Source: an uncultured Arcobacter sp. (GTDB lineage: Bacteria > Campylobacterota > Campylobacteria > Campylobacterales > Arcobacteraceae). Taken from it: a DNA stretch of 64,000 bases. Position 1 is the stretch's first letter. Every line of letters starts with the position of its first letter. Below, in pieces: positions 42,283-51,899 of this stretch. The DNA lies in the NCBI GenBank assembly GCA_965140705.1, contig OZ223301.1, positions 64,001 through 128,000 on the forward strand. The letters are read 5' to 3'. The translations under genes and the position numbers were made by a program. The notes beneath the pieces are model-generated. The model made no database searches. It saw nothing but the letters and a program-made list of their open reading frames with translations, and had not been told where the DNA came from.

Positions 42283-43791
42283 ATGAAAACTATAAAAAGT
42301 GCTACTTTAGAGTCATTAGATGCAATCTGTGTGGATGTTGAAGCTACCTTTACAAAAGGGTTACCAAGCTTTTCCATAGTAGGCCTTGCTAGTTCAGCTA
42401 TTCAAGAGTCAAAGGATAGGGTGAAATCTGCACTTTTAACCAATGACTTTAAATTTCCTCCAAAAAAAATCACTATCAATCTTTCACCTTCAGATATAAA
42501 CAAAAATGGTACCCATTTTGATTTATCTATTGCTTTGTTAGTAGCTTTATATGATACAAAAGTTAAGTTTGATGGATTTTATGTATTTGCAGAATTAGCT
42601 CTTGATGGTACACTAAAAGATAATAGTTCTATTTTCCCTTTAATATTATCCTTAGCAAAAAAGATAGGTAAACTTTCTGTTTTAGTACCTAAATCCATTG
42701 AAGATAAAATTGTAATGATTCCAAATATTGAGGTTTATAGTGTAAAAAATCTAAATGAAGCAATAATGTTTTTTAATTCTAAAGAAAAAGATAAATACAA
42801 AGTAGCACAACATAAAATGCCATGTGATACTATACTTATAGATGATAAACAATTTTATTATAATAAAAAGTATGAATTGGATTTCAAAGATGTAAAAGGA
42901 CAAAAGGTAGCAAAAAGAGCAGCTTTAATTGCTGCAAGTGGTAACCATAATATTATCTTTGAAGGAAGTCCTGGCTGTGGAAAGTCTATGATAATAAAAA
43001 GATTGCAATATATTATGCCACCACAAACAGTTGAGCAAATACTTGAAAAAGCCAAATTAGATTCATTAAATTTTGTTGAACCAACTTTTGATGGAAGAAT
43101 TGTCTTTAGATCGCCCCATCACACTTCTACAAGGGCATCTATTTTTGGTGGAGGGACTACTAATTCAAAGATTGGAGAGATAGCACTATCAAATAATGGA
43201 ATACTATTTTTTGATGAACTTCCACATTTCCCTAAGGCAATATTAGAATCGATGAGGGAACCACTAGAAGATTATAGAATATTAATATCAAGAGTAAATT
43301 CAAAGACAAATTATGAAACCAAATTTTTATTTGCCTGTGCTATGAATCCTTGTCCTTGTGGAAATTTACTTAGTACTACAAAAGAGTGTAGATGTAATGA
43401 TTTGGAAATAACAAGATACAAGGCAAAATTATCAGATCCTTTTTGTGATAGGATTGATTTATTTGTTACTATGAATGAAGTTAATTATGAAGATAAAGCA
43501 GATATAAGTTCTAAGGAGATGTATAAAATAGTTTTAAATGCCTTTAGAGCACAAATAAAAAGAGGGCAGAGTGATTTAAATGGAAAATTAAAAGATGAAG
43601 ATATCAATAAGTATTGTATATTGGATTCTACTTGTGAGAATATTTTAAATTTAGCAACAACAAATTATTCACTCTCTTTTAGAAGTATTAACAAAGTTTT
43701 AAAAGTAGCAAGGACGATTGCTGATTTGGAAAATAGTGTAAATATAAAAAAAGAACATATTTTTGAGGCGCTTAGTTTCAGAAAAAGATAA
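42283..43791 (+). CDS. comM: YifB/ComM Mg-chelatase-like AAA+ ATPase
   Basis: GLPSFSIVGL, ITINLSP, GSPGCGKS, FRSPHH, FFDEL, MNPCPCG, VARTIADL. Confidence 0.92.
   Translation: MKTIKSATLESLDAICVDVEATFTKGLPSFSIVGLASSAIQESKDRVKSALLTNDFKFPPKKITINLSPSDINKNGTHFDLSIALLVALYDTKVKFDGFYVFAELALDGTLKDNSSIFPLILSLAKKIGKLSVLVPKSIEDKIVMIPNIEVYSVKNLNEAIMFFNSKEKDKYKVAQHKMPCDTILIDDKQFYYNKKYELDFKDVKGQKVAKRAALIAASGNHNIIFEGSPGCGKSMIIKRLQYIMPPQTVEQILEKAKLDSLNFVEPTFDGRIVFRSPHHTSTRASIFGGGTTNSKIGEIALSNNGILFFDELPHFPKAILESMREPLEDYRILISRVNSKTNYETKFLFACAMNPCPCGNLLSTTKECRCNDLEITRYKAKLSDPFCDRIDLFVTMNEVNYEDKADISSKEMYKIVLNAFRAQIKRGQSDLNGKLKDEDINKYCILDSTCENILNLATTNYSLSFRSINKVLKVARTIADLENSVNIKKEHIFEALSFRKR
43677..43791 (+). repeat. 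Direct repeat, left copy (comM 3' end)
   Basis: 115 bp matching 47871-47985 with one mismatch. Confidence 0.95.
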
Positions 43792-43870
43792 TTTGTTTCT
43801 CATAAATTCTTTATGTTAATCTTATCAATCTATGATATAGTGATTTTTATAATATATCCATGGAGTTTAC

Positions 43871-45337
43871 ATGATATTTAGAGATTCGAAATTAGCAAAT
43901 TTAAATGAAATACCAAAAACTATAATTTTACTTATTGATAATAATGAAAAAATTGTAGAAAGTTGTGGTAAACAACTTGAAGTATTTAATATCTCTGCAA
44001 AAAATAAAAAATTGAATAAACTCTTTTCTAAGAATAATTATAATTTATTAAAACCTTTAATAAACCAAGAAGAAGAAAGTATAAATATTTATTGGGAAGG
44101 AATTAGTTTTGAAGTTAGTTTTCAAAAAATTCCTAATAGTGAATTAAGAGGTTTGTATTTTTTTGATATTACTAAATACTCCAATGTGGAAAATGAACTT
44201 AAAAAAAGTATGCATGATTTGGTCTCTAAAAAAGAGGAATTACAAGCTGTTTTTGATTTAGCTGCAAATGGAATTTCAATATTAAATAAAAATGGTATGT
44301 TTTTATATGCAAATAATTTCTTTCAAAAAATGATGGGTTATACAATGGAAGAACTATATAAAGAATCATGCATATCCTTATCCTCAGAAGAGTATAAAAA
44401 AGCATCTGAAACAGCAGTAGAAAAAGCTATAAAAGAAGGAAGTGTTGTAAACTTTAGAAAAGTATGCGTTTCAAAATCGGGGGAACATATAAATGCTAGT
44501 ATGTCACTTAGTTATGTAAAAATAACAAATACAATTGTAATGATAACTTCTGATATTACGGATGACATAAAATACCAAGAAGAGTTAAAAAGACAAGTCG
44601 AATTAGAAGTTGCAAAAAGAACAGAACAATATGAAGTTATGTGCCACCAATCAAGGCTTGCAGCTATGGGAGAGATGATTGATTCTATTGCTCATCAATG
44701 GAGACAACCTCTAAATGGCTTAGGTATTATAGTCCAAGGACTAAGACACATTTCTAATGCACAAGAGATAAATAAAGAGCTTCTTTTTGAAATAGAATTA
44801 GAAATCATGGAAAAAGTTAATTATATGTCCCAAACAATAGATGACTTTTCAGAATTTTTTAGAATATCAAAACAAAAAGAGACTTTTAATTTGCTAAAAA
44901 ATATTAAAGATGCAATAAGACTTATTGATGTTCAACTAAAATTAAATAACATAGATATAAAAATAGTAGTAAGTAAGAATACTACTTTAGATGTTTTAGG
45001 GTTCCCAAATGAATTTAGACAAGTTATTATGAATATGGTCCATAATTCAATGATGGCAATCATAGAGAAAGAAGTGACAAATGGATATGTACATATTGAT
45101 ATAAGTTCTACAAATATTGAAAATAAAGTAACTATTTTAGATAATGGTGGAGGAATTGAGAAAAAATATTTTGAAAAAATATTTGACCCATATTTTAGTA
45201 CAAGAGAAAAAGGTAGTGGAATTGGGTTATATATGTCGAAAGTTATAATTGAACATCATATGAAGGGTAGATTGAGTGTAAAAAATCAAAATAAAGGCAC
45301 AAAATTTACTCTATTTTTACCAAAAGGAAAAGAGTAA
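43871..45337 (+). CDS. Cytoplasmic PAS sensor histidine kinase
   Basis: No TM; PAS (AN..F..MMGY..EEL); IAHQWRQPL; DNGGGI, GSGIGLY. Confidence 0.92.
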   Translation: MIFRDSKLANLNEIPKTIILLIDNNEKIVESCGKQLEVFNISAKNKKLNKLFSKNNYNLLKPLINQEEESINIYWEGISFEVSFQKIPNSELRGLYFFDITKYSNVENELKKSMHDLVSKKEELQAVFDLAANGISILNKNGMFLYANNFFQKMMGYTMEELYKESCISLSSEEYKKASETAVEKAIKEGSVVNFRKVCVSKSGEHINASMSLSYVKITNTIVMITSDITDDIKYQEELKRQVELEVAKRTEQYEVMCHQSRLAAMGEMIDSIAHQWRQPLNGLGIIVQGLRHISNAQEINKELLFEIELEIMEKVNYMSQTIDDFSEFFRISKQKETFNLLKNIKDAIRLIDVQLKLNNIDIKIVVSKNTTLDVLGFPNEFRQVIMNMVHNSMMAIIEKEVTNGYVHIDISSTNIENKVTILDNGGGIEKKYFEKIFDPYFSTREKGSGIGLYMSKVIIEHHMKGRLSVKNQNKGTKFTLFLPKGKE

Positions 45338-45338
45338 A

Positions 45339-46022
45339 ATGGAAAAAATATATTCTCGTTTACAATCTCATACAATATTAATAGTTGAAGATGATGAAAG
45401 TACTTTAAAGTGGTTAAAAAGAGTTCTTAGTATTTATTTTAAAGAAGTATATGTTGCTTGTGATGCTTTAGAGGCTTTAGAAAAATTTAATATAAATAAA
45501 ACAGATATTGTATTGACAGATATACAAATGCCTCATATTGATGGATTAACTTTTTTAAAAAAACTTGCTTCAATATCGCCTCAAACCATGAGAATAACAA
45601 TGACTGCTTTTAATGCAGTTCCATATTTAAATCGTGCAGTTGATTCAGGAGTTCAATTTTATTTAAAAAAACCTATTGATATAGATGAATTACTTTTTGC
45701 AATATCTTCTCATATGCCAAATAGTAATGAAATTATTGAAACTGTAAATTTAGGTAGAGGTTTTATATATGACCCTTTAAAAAAGATGCTTTTTAAAGAA
45801 TCAAAGTTAATAAAACTTACTAAAAAAGAGTTGCTTTTATTGGAATTGTTTTTAAAAAATAAACAAGGGTTTATCTCCTTAGAGTTAATAGAACAAAGTA
45901 TTTGGGAAGAACAAGCAACCCCTGATGCAATACGTATGGTAATAGTAGGCTTACGCAAAAAGTTATACAGTGAACTCTTTGAAAACTTAAAAGGTTTAGG
46001 ATATAGAATAAATCTTTCATAA
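45339..46022 (+). CDS. OmpR/PhoB-family response regulator
   Basis: IVEDD, TDIQMP, KPI; winged helix (LTKKE, LRKK, G.GYR). Confidence 0.92.
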   Translation: MEKIYSRLQSHTILIVEDDESTLKWLKRVLSIYFKEVYVACDALEALEKFNINKTDIVLTDIQMPHIDGLTFLKKLASISPQTMRITMTAFNAVPYLNRAVDSGVQFYLKKPIDIDELLFAISSHMPNSNEIIETVNLGRGFIYDPLKKMLFKESKLIKLTKKELLLLELFLKNKQGFISLELIEQSIWEEQATPDAIRMVIVGLRKKLYSELFENLKGLGYRINLS

Positions 46023-46031
46023 CATATTTTA

Positions 46032-46089
46032 AAACCTTATATAAATCTTATATAAACCTTATATTTGCCTTGTTTTGCTTTGTTACAAT
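46032..46089 (+). promoter_or_regulatory. sqr promoter with three tandem 11-bp repeats and an extended -10
   Basis: AAACCTTATAT-AAATCTTATAT-AAACCTTATAT (46032-46064); TGTTACAAT at 46081-46089. Confidence 0.75.
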
Positions 46090-46117
46090 ATTTTACATAC
46101 GTTGTAAGGAGTGAAAA

Positions 46118-47305
46118 ATGAAAAAGATTCTTATTGTTGGTGGCGGTACTGCTGGAACAATGACCGCAAATAATTTAGCAAAAAAATTAATGCCTGAGAT
46201 TGACAGAGATGAAATAGAAATTACAATGATTTCAAATTCATCAAAGCATGTTTATAGACCGGGAGCTATGTATGTTGCTTTTCATAAATCAGCTGGAAAT
46301 GAATTTATAAGAGAACAAAAAAGTCTTCTTATGCCTGAGATTAATTTTTATGTGGATGCAGCAGTTGATATTCAAACAAAAAATAATTGTGTTGTTGCTC
46401 AAAGTGGTAAAAAATATGTATATGATTATTTAGTACTTGCAACAGGTTGTGAAGTAGCACCTGATAGAATTCCTGGTCTTGAAGAGGGTGGAGATTGGTT
46501 TTATACTTACGAAGGTGCTAAAAAAATTGCTAAAAAGTTTGAGAAACTTAAAAAAGGTAGAGTATTAGTTACAGTTAGTTTTCCTAAAACTGAAAATATT
46601 CCACATCAATGTGGAATTGCACCTATTGAAACAACAATGATGTTACATGATTATTTAACAGAAAGAGGTGTTAGAGATAATGTTGAAATTGTATATACAT
46701 ATCCAAAAAAAGCACAATCTGTAGTAGATGGATTATTTTTACAAGTTCCGACATCAAATGTATTACCAATGATTTTTGATGGTATTAATGTAAAACATAA
46801 AACATCATTTACCTTAAATAAAGTGGATCCAAAGAAAAAAATAGCATATTCTGAAGAAGGGGAAGAGATAGAATTTGATATTTTAATGTCAACTCCACCT
46901 TTTATTGCAGCAAAAGTTATAAGGGACTCTGGCTTATCAAAAGCAAAAGATAATGAAGGTTGGCTTCCTACAGATAAAGAGAGTTTAAAAGTGATAGGTT
47001 TAGATAATGTTTATACCTTAGGAGATACAGTTGATTTATCTGTTTCAAAAGCAGGAGGGACAATTCACAATCAAACTGATGTAGTTGCCGATAATATTGC
47101 TGCTGAAATTAGGTTTGGGTACCCTACAGAGTCTTATGATGGTAAAGTAATTGCTGTTGCACAAATGGGACTTTCTTGTGGTATGCCTCTATGGTATGAC
47201 TATGAAGAAGATGTTAAACCCACACCTTGTAGTAAATTAGGGAGTTTCGTAAGATTAGGTTTTAATAAAGGTTTATATTGGGCAGCTGCTCGAGGTATGT
47301 TATAG
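46118..47305 (+). CDS. sqr: Sulfide:quinone oxidoreductase-like flavoprotein
   Basis: GGGTAG FAD motif, YDYLVLATG, HQCGIAPIE (C.xAP.E motif), GD.....SKAG. Confidence 0.8.
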   Translation: MKKILIVGGGTAGTMTANNLAKKLMPEIDRDEIEITMISNSSKHVYRPGAMYVAFHKSAGNEFIREQKSLLMPEINFYVDAAVDIQTKNNCVVAQSGKKYVYDYLVLATGCEVAPDRIPGLEEGGDWFYTYEGAKKIAKKFEKLKKGRVLVTVSFPKTENIPHQCGIAPIETTMMLHDYLTERGVRDNVEIVYTYPKKAQSVVDGLFLQVPTSNVLPMIFDGINVKHKTSFTLNKVDPKKKIAYSEEGEEIEFDILMSTPPFIAAKVIRDSGLSKAKDNEGWLPTDKESLKVIGLDNVYTLGDTVDLSVSKAGGTIHNQTDVVADNIAAEIRFGYPTESYDGKVIAVAQMGLSCGMPLWYDYEEDVKPTPCSKLGSFVRLGFNKGLYWAAARGML

Positions 47306-47314
47306 GAGAAAGTT

Positions 47315-47668
47315 ATGAGTGAAGAAGTAAAAGTAATAAAAAGTGCAGAGATGCAAAAAATCGAAGAACAAATGACTATGTTAGTTCAAACTGGTAGATT
47401 GAATAATTTAATTGATTTATTAGCAGTAGTATCTGATCAAATTGAAATGACAACAACTCCAATGGTTGAAAAAATGGTAACATCAATTGATAATATGGCA
47501 ACCGCAGGTTTTATAACTGAAAATGCTGTACGTCATGCAAAAAGAGAAAATGCTAAAAAGGAAGTACCTTCTTTATTTGGTTTATTAAAACTAATGAAAG
47601 ATGAAGATACAAGAAGGGGATTAGCGTTTATGCTAAATTTAACAAAAGGTATTGGAAAACAACTCTAA
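47315..47668 (+). CDS. DUF1641-like protein
   Basis: SLFGLLKLMKDEDTRRGL.F motif; directly follows the SQR-like gene. Confidence 0.8.
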   Translation: MSEEVKVIKSAEMQKIEEQMTMLVQTGRLNNLIDLLAVVSDQIEMTTTPMVEKMVTSIDNMATAGFITENAVRHAKRENAKKEVPSLFGLLKLMKDEDTRRGLAFMLNLTKGIGKQL

Positions 47669-47696
47669 TAACTATAATTTATAACTGTCTATTAAG

Positions 47697-47720
47697 CCCG
47701 TGCATAAACTTATGTACGGG
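47697..47720. terminator. GC-rich hairpin after the sqr operon
   Basis: CCCGTGCATAA-AC-TTATGTACGGG; no U-tract follows. Confidence 0.5.
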
Positions 47721-47840
47721 TACACATTCGTAATTTTAGCCTTAATATAAAATAAGTACTTAAAAGTTATTAATATACGACTATTGAACCTTAATACTAC
47801 AGTGCAATAATACAAAACTCTGAACAGTCTCTATATATAT

Positions 47841-47985
47841 AAATTTATCAATGACAAACTATTTACTATTTTTTAGAAGTATTAACAAAGTTTTAAAAGT
47901 AGCAAGGACGATTGCTGATTTGGAAAATAGTATAAATATAAAAAAAGAACATATTTTTGAGGCGCTTAGTTTCAGAAAAAGATAA
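47841..47985 (+). repeat. Direct repeat, right copy (comM 3' fragment)
   Basis: 47871-47985 matches 43677-43791 at 114/115; 47841-47870 matches 43647-43676 at 23/30. Confidence 0.95.
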
Positions 47986-48054
47986 AATTATTGTATAATG
48001 CGAAAAAATTAGATTTTACGAAGGAAAACTTCGTATTGATTACAAAGGGATAAA

Positions 48055-48936
48055 ATGACAAAATGCGGATATGTATCAGTAGTAGGAAGACCAAATGCAG
48101 GGAAGAGTTCACTACTTAATTGGTTAGTTGGTGAAAAGATTGCGATGGTTTCTCATAAAGCAAATGCTACAAGAAAAAGATCAAATATAATAGTTATGCA
48201 TGAAGATGACCAAGTTATATTTGTAGATACTCCAGGAATTCATGAAACGGAAAAACTATTAAATCAATTTATGCTTGATGAAGCACTAAAAGCAATGGGT
48301 GATTGTGATTTGATTTTATTTTTGGCACCAGTTACTGATCAAGTTTCTCATTATGAGGCTTTTTTAGAAAAAAACAAAAAAAATACAAAACACATCTTAC
48401 TTCTTACAAAAATAGATTTTGTTTCAAATGAAGAAGTTTTAGCAAAAATGAAAGAGTATGAAAAATTTTCTGATAAATATGAATCAATCATACCAGTATC
48501 AATAAAAAAAGCAACAACCCATGCAGATATTTTAGATGTAGTTGTAAAATATCTTCCGGAGCACCCTTATTTATTTGATCCAGAGATTTTGACAACTGAA
48601 CACTTAAGGGATATTTTTAAAGAGTTTATACGAGAGTCAATTTTCGAAAATATTTCTGATGAGATACCTTATGAAACAGATGTTTTAATAAATAAAGTAG
48701 AAGAAAAACCAAAAGTAGATGTTATAAAAGCTACAATTATCGTACAAAAATCTACTCAAAAAGGTATGATTATCGGTAAAGGTGCAACTGCTATTAAAAG
48801 AATAGGTAAAGATGCAAGAATAAAGATTGAAAAATTAACTGGCAAAAAATGCTTCTTGGAACTATTCGTTTCTATTAAAAAAGGTTGGACAAAAAATAGA
48901 GAAGGTCTAAAAGAGTTAGGTTACGACATAGATTAA
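48055..48936 (+). CDS. era: GTPase Era
   Basis: GRPNAGKS, DTPG, TKID, KH domain with IIGKG. Confidence 0.97.
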   Translation: MTKCGYVSVVGRPNAGKSSLLNWLVGEKIAMVSHKANATRKRSNIIVMHEDDQVIFVDTPGIHETEKLLNQFMLDEALKAMGDCDLILFLAPVTDQVSHYEAFLEKNKKNTKHILLLTKIDFVSNEEVLAKMKEYEKFSDKYESIIPVSIKKATTHADILDVVVKYLPEHPYLFDPEILTTEHLRDIFKEFIRESIFENISDEIPYETDVLINKVEEKPKVDVIKATIIVQKSTQKGMIIGKGATAIKRIGKDARIKIEKLTGKKCFLELFVSIKKGWTKNREGLKELGYDID

Positions 48937-49020
48937 TTAAATATTTCATATTAATTTCTATTTTGTAATTAATATGAATTTATTTTATTATTTTTAAGTT
49001 TCATAATAATATAATTTATT

Positions 49021-49896
49021 ATGGAATACTTAAATGAAAAAAATATAATAAATCTTGATTGTATTTATACAAACTTATTTAAAGTCTCTGAAAAGATTTT
49101 AGATAAAAATCTTGCCAAATTTATTTTCCATAATTTAGAAGAAAAAGCTACTTTCCAAAAAAACCATAAAACTTTTTATACTTATTTAAAATACTCAAAA
49201 GAGTATTTTGTCTGTTCCTATGAAAATAAAAATAGTGCAACACTTATAATTGATTTGATAAGTGAATATATCAAATTGAAAAAACTAGATAAAAAAAGAG
49301 TATTAGTATATTATGATACTTATTTTTTATTGTTTGAAAATTCTTCTTTGTATTATTTCCAAAAAATAGAAAAAGAACTTCTAAATCAAGATATGGAAGT
49401 TTATATCAAAAAGAGGTTTTTGTTTGATTATGAGCAAGAAATAGATATAAAAACTACTGATTTGGAGTATTTTAAAGGTAAAGAAAAAGTCTTTTCAAGT
49501 CTAGCTTATATTTACGATAGTAATAAATTAAAAATTTATTACTATTATTTATTTACACTACTCATTATTTCTTTATCATTTATTGTTATTGATTATTATA
49601 AAAAAGAGTCTACTAAAGAAGAACTTCTAAGAATAGATAATAAAACTAAAAATAAAATTCTAATACCTAAAAGACAAAGCTTATATTTTAAAATAAGTAC
49701 TTTATTTACCAATTTAGAAAAGCATAATTTAAAAATATCAAAGTTTGACTTTAGTGGAAATAGTCTATTTGTAACACTTATGGCTAAGAATAGAGATGAT
49801 TTTTATGCTTTTATTCAAAACTATAGAAATAAAAAAATAAATTCAATTTCAAAAACAAAGGATGGATATGAGATTAGTACATCGTTTGTTTTTTAA
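49021..49896 (+). CDS. Bitopic membrane protein, possible GspL/PilMN-like component
   Basis: One TM; heads an operon with gspE/gspF homologs; little recognisable motif. Confidence 0.45.
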   Translation: MEYLNEKNIINLDCIYTNLFKVSEKILDKNLAKFIFHNLEEKATFQKNHKTFYTYLKYSKEYFVCSYENKNSATLIIDLISEYIKLKKLDKKRVLVYYDTYFLLFENSSLYYFQKIEKELLNQDMEVYIKKRFLFDYEQEIDIKTTDLEYFKGKEKVFSSLAYIYDSNKLKIYYYYLFTLLIISLSFIVIDYYKKESTKEELLRIDNKTKNKILIPKRQSLYFKISTLFTNLEKHNLKISKFDFSGNSLFVTLMAKNRDDFYAFIQNYRNKKINSISKTKDGYEISTSFVF

Positions 49897-50563
49897 TGAT
49901 AAATATAGAAGTTTATTTTATTTACTTCCTTTGCTAATTATGGGGTTTGTTACTTATTATTTTTATAGTTTAAATGGAATAGGTGAATCTAAAAGTATAG
50001 AAAAACCAAAAAGAATCAAAAAAGAAAAATCATTAAAATTATTTGATTTTATGTTTAATTTAGAAGAAGAGATAAAGAATAAAAATCTTAATTTAAAGAA
50101 TATAAAAATAACCCCTAAAAAAGTTATTTTACAAATTGAGGATGACTTTCTAAAGAGCTTGAAAATCATTGATTTTATAGAAAAATTTAGTTCAAAAGTA
50201 GTTGTAAAAAAGTTAAGCTTTAAAGTTCTCAATGACAATAAAATAGATTTATATATTGAAATAGAGTTAAATAAAAAAGATATTTTTTATAAAAAATTAA
50301 GACCAAAAGAGGTTAAGAATAAAGTTTTATACCAAAAGAAAGTTGAAAATAATTTAAAAATACCTCTTCTTAAAGATGAAAAGGAAGCTATAAAAATTGA
50401 AGCTATTATTGATAATAGTGTTTTAGTAAATAATAAATGGTACAAAATAGGTGAAAAAATAAATGGAAAAAAAGTCATATCAATAAATAGAGATTTTATT
50501 GAGTTAGAAAACAATAATCACAAAACCAATATATGGATATATCAAAATGAATATACTAGATAA
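49862..50563 (+). CDS. Bitopic protein, PilO-like with CtsX-like C-terminal domain
   Basis: N-terminal TM; IEAIIDNSVLVNNKWYKIGEKING motif. Confidence 0.5.
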   Translation: MDMRLVHRLFFNDKYRSLFYLLPLLIMGFVTYYFYSLNGIGESKSIEKPKRIKKEKSLKLFDFMFNLEEEIKNKNLNLKNIKITPKKVILQIEDDFLKSLKIIDFIEKFSSKVVVKKLSFKVLNDNKIDLYIEIELNKKDIFYKKLRPKEVKNKVLYQKKVENNLKIPLLKDEKEAIKIEAIIDNSVLVNNKWYKIGEKINGKKVISINRDFIELENNNHKTNIWIYQNEYTR

Positions 50564-51899
50564 TTATAGATGTGATTATGAGCTTATTAAAAACTATGAA
50601 ATAAAAACTTTACGAGATAATTTGATTTTGCCAATAAAAAAAGATGAATATTTCCTTACAGTAATTGTTTGTGAAGATAGTTTAAATTTAGAAGTTGTTG
50701 AAAGTAATTTAGTAATAAAAGAGATTAAATCTTCAAAAAATGAGATTTTGTTTTGCTTAGATGATTTTGATAAAAAATATGAACTTTATATTAATTATAA
50801 ATATTCCATACATCAACATCAAGAAAAGTCTATACAACTATTTTTTGATTTGTTATTAAGTTATTCCCTTGAGAAAAAGTGTAGTGATATACATATTGAA
50901 ACCTTAAGTGAGTGTTTAATTATAAGATTACGAATAGATGGAGCCCTAAAAACTTTTTTTAGCTTTGAGATTGGTTTTTATTTGATTCTTAGTTCATATA
51001 TTAAACTTATAGCAAATATGGACATCACACAAAAACGAAAACCACAAAATGCTAGATTTGAGAAACAAGTTTTAAATAAAGAAAAAATTGATTTTCGTGT
51101 ATCTACTATGCCAACCATTACAGGTGAATCAATAGTATTGAGAATTTTAGATAATGGAGTAAATAAAAAGGATTTAAATAATATAGGCTTTGATGAAATA
51201 ATATTAAAAAAAGTAAAAAAATCAATTTTGAAATCAAATGGTTTGATATTAGTTACAGGTCCAACAGGAAGTGGAAAAACTACTACTTTATACTCTATTT
51301 TAAATGAACTAAATGATAATTCAAAAAAGATTATTACTATTGAAGATCCAGTAGAATATCAAATAAAAGGAATACAACAAGTTGCAATAAATAATGCCAT
51401 AGGACTAAGTTTTGATGATGTTTTAAAAAATATATTAAGGCAAGACCCTGATATAATCATGATAGGAGAAATAAGAGATGAAGAATCTTTGAGTATAGCT
51501 ATTCAAGCCTCTCTTACTGGTCATTTAGTTTTTAGTACCTTACATACAAATGATTCTATTTCAACCCTATCTAGGCTTTTTGATTTAAATGCAAAGCCAT
51601 ATTTAGTAGCATCTACACTAAGAGCAGTTATTGCTCAAAGATTAGTTCTCAAACTTTGTTCTTTTTGTGAAAGTGGTTGTAGTAAGTGTAACTATACAGG
51701 TTTTGATGGAAGATTATCTTTATTTGAGTTTTTAGAGTTTGATGAAAATATCTCTTCTATTGTGACAAATGATTTTGATAAAGAAAAAATTATGCATTAT
51801 GTTAAAAGCATTGGCTTTAAATCTCTTTTTGATGATGCAAAAGAGAAAATCGAAAAGAATCTTACAACTAAAGATGAAGTGAATAAAGTACTATTTTGA
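50547..51899 (+). CDS. GspE/PilB/CtsE-family assembly ATPase
   Basis: SDIHIE, GPTGSGKTTT, IEDPVE, LRQDPDIIMIGEIRD, TGHLVFSTLH, tetra-Cys motif. Confidence 0.93.
   Translation: MNILDNYRCDYELIKNYEIKTLRDNLILPIKKDEYFLTVIVCEDSLNLEVVESNLVIKEIKSSKNEILFCLDDFDKKYELYINYKYSIHQHQEKSIQLFFDLLLSYSLEKKCSDIHIETLSECLIIRLRIDGALKTFFSFEIGFYLILSSYIKLIANMDITQKRKPQNARFEKQVLNKEKIDFRVSTMPTITGESIVLRILDNGVNKKDLNNIGFDEIILKKVKKSILKSNGLILVTGPTGSGKTTTLYSILNELNDNSKKIITIEDPVEYQIKGIQQVAINNAIGLSFDDVLKNILRQDPDIIMIGEIRDEESLSIAIQASLTGHLVFSTLHTNDSISTLSRLFDLNAKPYLVASTLRAVIAQRLVLKLCSFCESGCSKCNYTGFDGRLSLFEFLEFDENISSIVTNDFDKEKIMHYVKSIGFKSLFDDAKEKIEKNLTTKDEVNKVLF

Larger units (their letters stand above)
43792..47985. mobile_element. 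Putative genomic islet inserted at the comM 3' end (no integrase present)
   Basis: Four genes bounded by the 115-bp direct repeat. Confidence 0.65.

Noticed and set aside
48017..48035. TACGAAG/CTTCGTA hairpin in the era leader
   Set aside because: A simple 5' stem-loop with no further evidence of regulation
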